A stretch of 64,000 nt of DNA from the human T2T-CHM13v2.0 reference genome, Homo sapiens: the NCBI RefSeq assembly GCF_009914755.1, contig NC_060927.1. The stretch is one strand, 5' to 3'. This document shows, piece after piece, positions 60,188-64,000 of the stretch. The position numbers were made by a program, and so were the translations under genes. The notes under the pieces were generated by a model that had not been told where the DNA came from, did not search any database, and was given only the letters and a program-made list of their open reading frames with translations. Position 1 is the first letter of the stretch. Every line of letters starts with the position of its first letter.

Positions 60188-60893
60188 AACAGCCAGCAAC
60201 AAAAAATAATCTGGTTGATTGTTTAACAATTGAAGTTGTAATTAGATTTATAATTGAATTTTTGGTATAGTCTAGAGTCTGGAAAATCAGTGTATCCCAA
60301 CTAATCTTTTCCTCAGCATGATCTGTTCCAGTTCATTGCTAACCATGTTCAAAAGTCTGTGTTTTTTAAACACAAATTTGAACAAACCTCTTAAACAGCC
60401 TTCTCTAACCAGTCCCTTGGGTGATTTTTCCATTTCAGTGACAGAATAGAAAATGCAATTTTATCTTGGAAAAAAATGATAAAGTGACAGTTTTTATGAT
60501 AATACAGATACGCACATTTTCAAGCAATAGGCTGAAAAGATAATGTGCTTTAGGCAATTATTTCTAGAATACATCTCATTGAAATTTTTCACCTGCTCCA
60601 CAAACACACTTAAGTTGTTACCATGGTATCTCTTTGAAAGTCTCTGTCATTTCAATATTCCAAGAAATTGGAATTACAATTCTTATGTAATTGGAATTAC
60701 ATAAGACAATTACATATTGTCTTATGTAATTACTGATAGCAACCCCTTTTACTCTCAAAAGAGTCTTGGTTGGTCTGTGTATTAGGTGGTAAGGTGGTAT
60801 TAGGTCTAGGTGGTATGGTGGTCCTATTTAGAGTCAGACTAAGATTTCTTGATATATTTGACCATGGAATCCATGTGATATTCAGTCAAGAGG

Positions 60894-61269
60894 TGTTCTT
60901 GGCTGAGTTATCTTTTCAAAATTAATATGTTCAGTAAACTCTAGCCCCTCAGAATAGGATTGTATTTGGAGATAGTCTTTTAAAAGCCAATGAAGTTGAA
61001 ATGAAGGCATTGGGGCATTTCCCAATCAACCATGACTGGTGTTCTAATAAAAAGAGATTAGGATACAGACAGACTTGGGGGGGCCATGTGAAGCACGAAC
61101 AAAATATGGTTATCTACAAGGCCAGGAGAGAGCCCCAGAAAGAAACCACCCCTGCCAATACCTTCATCTTGAACTTATAGCCTCCAGAATTTTGAAGACA
61201 TAAATTTCTATTGTTTTAAGCATCTCACTCAGTATTGTTCTGTTATGGCAACCCTAGCAAACTAATACA
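60894..61269 (+). mobile_element. MLT1B/C MaLR solo LTR
   Basis: gtatttggagatag...catgactggtgttct...ctacaaggccaggagagag...tgttatggcaaccctagcaaactaataca. Confidence 0.88.
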
Positions 61270-62136
61270 AAAACAAACAAACAAACAGCTTCTTTGACTT
61301 TATCATATAAAGTACAGAAGAAAGATTTACAATTTTTCAGCATGCTCCTATTTTCACCATCTTCTAGAAGAAAAACAAAGAAATGCTGACTGTAGCAACT
61401 ATTAGATGTTTCACTAGTCTCTGTTCCTGATTAGGTGTAAGTAACCTGTTTTGGTTAATGCTTTGATATTCATTTGGACAAGTTAGTATAACGAGTAAGA
61501 GCCTAGCAAACTACGATGAGAGTGGTGTAGGGAAACCCTGCCTAATAATTCAGTTCTGTTCTTCTCCTTCACAGAACAAACTGAACTTTCACAGCTTTTA
61601 CACTAGTAAAGCAATTAATGAGTTTTTAGATACACCAAGCTATGTCAGGAGTGTGGTTCTGGTATGGAAGACTAAATTGTCATGCTTTAGGAAGTCGTGG
61701 GAATCTGAGAGTGAAGGTACAGGAGGAAGAGATTTATTTTAAAAAGAGAGAGCTGGGAGTGAAATCGCTGGTGTTTAGCTGACCCTAAGAGAGGATATGG
61801 CCTAAATGAAAATCCATGCGATGGGAAGAATCTGATCCATTTTAAGCATTGTGATGGTTCATATTCGATTTTAAATTGTTACCTCTTTTGTGAGTGATCC
61901 CAAACCTTTTTTTAAAAGCCTACTGAAGACAATGGGTCTATATTAAGATGCTGCAGGGCGGTATAAAAAGGCCAAGATTTGCATGAGAATAAGGAGATAG
62001 GAGTTGGGGACAACTTTGCCATTGGTTCTGCGTAGGTCCCCGTCCCTGTGAGGAAATTATTAAACATTTATCAGGACCCCAGTTTTATAGCAACAGAGGC
62101 ACCAGGAAGGTTGTCAATTTAGGAGCAGCAGAGAAT

Positions 62137-62178
62137 TATAAAAATACAAAAACCAAAAAAAAAAAAAAAAAAAAACCA

Positions 62179-62220
<42 letters not shown>

Positions 62221-62230
62221 AACAAAACAC
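62137..62230. repeat. Poly(A) plus (CA)n compound simple repeat
   Basis: Direct reading. Confidence 0.95.
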
Positions 62231-64000
62231 CAGGAACTGAGTTCCAGAACTGATGTGAAGAGTTTAGGAACTCTGGCAAAACCACCCACTAAAGTGTGAG
62301 CAGGAGTGCAAGAGTTCCTTGAGTTTCCCTGAAATAAAGTTAGGATTGGTACTATCCTTTGGCTGGGGCTGAGCCTCTTGGGCACCTCTCAAGTCAAGTG
62401 AGGTGAAGAAGGAGGCGAGTTCAAGAAAGTGAGTGACTCATCCCTTGAGCTGCAGGACTAGCAATGCTGCACAGAAGGGAGGGAAGGCAGCAAAGTAACA
62501 GCATTGGTGTTGTACAGAGTTGAAGAGCAGCAATTAGAAACAGGGCAGGAGGAGTTTGAAAGCGTCACTGAAACAAAGCCTCCAGTGCAGCCTCTGGCAA
62601 TACAGCAGAACCCTGAAGGAGTGGGGAACAACTGCGGCAGGCACACTGTGCTGGCACGCAGTTCAAAGCCATTCTTCAGCAGACTTGAGGAGGATAAAGT
62701 TAAATCTTGATTTAATATTGCAAATAGTGACAGTCACATCAAACATTGTCTAGAATCACTAATCGAAAGATAGAGAGCCTGTGTGAAATAAGTAGGTTGG
62801 ACAGGAGGATCCTGCTTTAGGTATCTTCTAGCTTGGAATTGTTAGGTTCCATCGGCTGAGTGCCATGTGAAAAGTTTCAAAGGTCCTACGTTGTTTGTTT
62901 TTCCTCTCTTTTTAACTCCACTGCTGTGTGCCAATAATGATTCACAATTTGAGATTTCTATCACTGGAAGGGATCTTAGAGGTTATAAATACAATCTGTT
63001 CTGTATAAAAATAAAGAAATACAAGTCTCATCTCTTTAATTCCACAATGAAATACCTGAGTTCATGAATGATGTCTTATATTTGTCTTTAATTCTTTGTG
63101 CATCTAGCTTGATAATGAGGACATACTAGTCCTGAGCAAAAGAATGAATATGAGAATGGGCACAGAATATAAGTGGTGTTCATTACATAAAGTGCTGACG
63201 GCTTTGAGAAATGTGCCCTCTTCCCAGAAAACTACATGTAACATACTTTTAAAATTGCCTATAATTTCAGAGGACTCATGGATACCCTAGACAAAATATC
63301 TTTTGATATACCCCTTTCAGACCTTATCCATTACCTATCTGGATAGACACTATGTTCAGAGATAAAAGAAGTAAAATATAATTCTGGGGATGAATTTCTC
63401 TTGTGTAAAAAGGCTCAAAACTAATAAGGAAATGTGTTAAAATCTGCACACTGAGATGATATTTCAGGAAAGAGTTGTACCATTTTCTAAAAGAGATATA
63501 ACCTCAACACATCATTATTTAAAAGTCTGTAATTTAGTTACATTGATAATTATTTTTAGGATTTTGAGAGTTTCATGGGTGTGGCATATGATATTCACTG
63601 TTACTACTAACTCTCTAATCAGTTTATTTTCTCTTCCCTGAGCCAAGAACTAAACAGGATAGGAACCATTTTGGTAAATTTAGCTCAAAAATTTATATTT
63701 TCACTTAGCAGGTTGTATAAGTCATAGAAGAAATGTTACAAATTTTCTCTTGTTAAGTATAAGGAATGCTACAAATTTATAAATGTTCGATAACTATGAT
63801 ATAATTAGGATGGCTATAAAATCACATCTGAATATAATGGGATATTGGTGAAATATGGCTGTCTTTTCCTAGATCATACTTTTTAGTGCCCAGGATGACC
63901 AGATGATTCATATCAGGATGGAAAACAAGGACAGAGATAAGTGAGATGTATGATATCTCTAAATTTGCACTCTATTTACAGCTGACAGATGGGATAGGAG

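Overview
AT-rich, repeat-dense primate (human-like) genomic DNA. The only host protein-coding sequence I can support is one 151-bp + strand internal exon (47739-47889; LSSLEKAGFGGVLLYIDPCDLPKTVNPSHDTFMVSLNPGGDPSTPGYPSV), which I recognise as NAALADL2. The rest reads as two very long flanking introns filled with Alu, L1, L2, MIR, MaLR/ERV LTR and DNA-transposon copies plus microsatellites. Nearly all ORF-track entries are repeat-derived or random; the 697-aa ORF is a 5'-truncated L1PA ORF2. I found no evidence of a new gene system. The most notable items are structural: (i) an old L1/AluJ scrambled into +/-/+ pieces with a 76-bp inverted breakpoint duplication and a split TSD; (ii) a 57-bp locally templated insertion inside a duplicated (TA)n palindrome; (iii) a ~600-bp poly(A)-tailed, TSD-flanked retrocopy of an unidentified transcript inside an LTR; (iv) a doubly inverted L1; (v) a MER85 with its CSB-PGBD3 palindrome intact; (vi) inverted AluY copies bracketing the exon; (vii) several further short templated duplications and hairpins. 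Repeat subfamily calls are by eye from remembered consensus features, and boundaries of old repeats are approximate.
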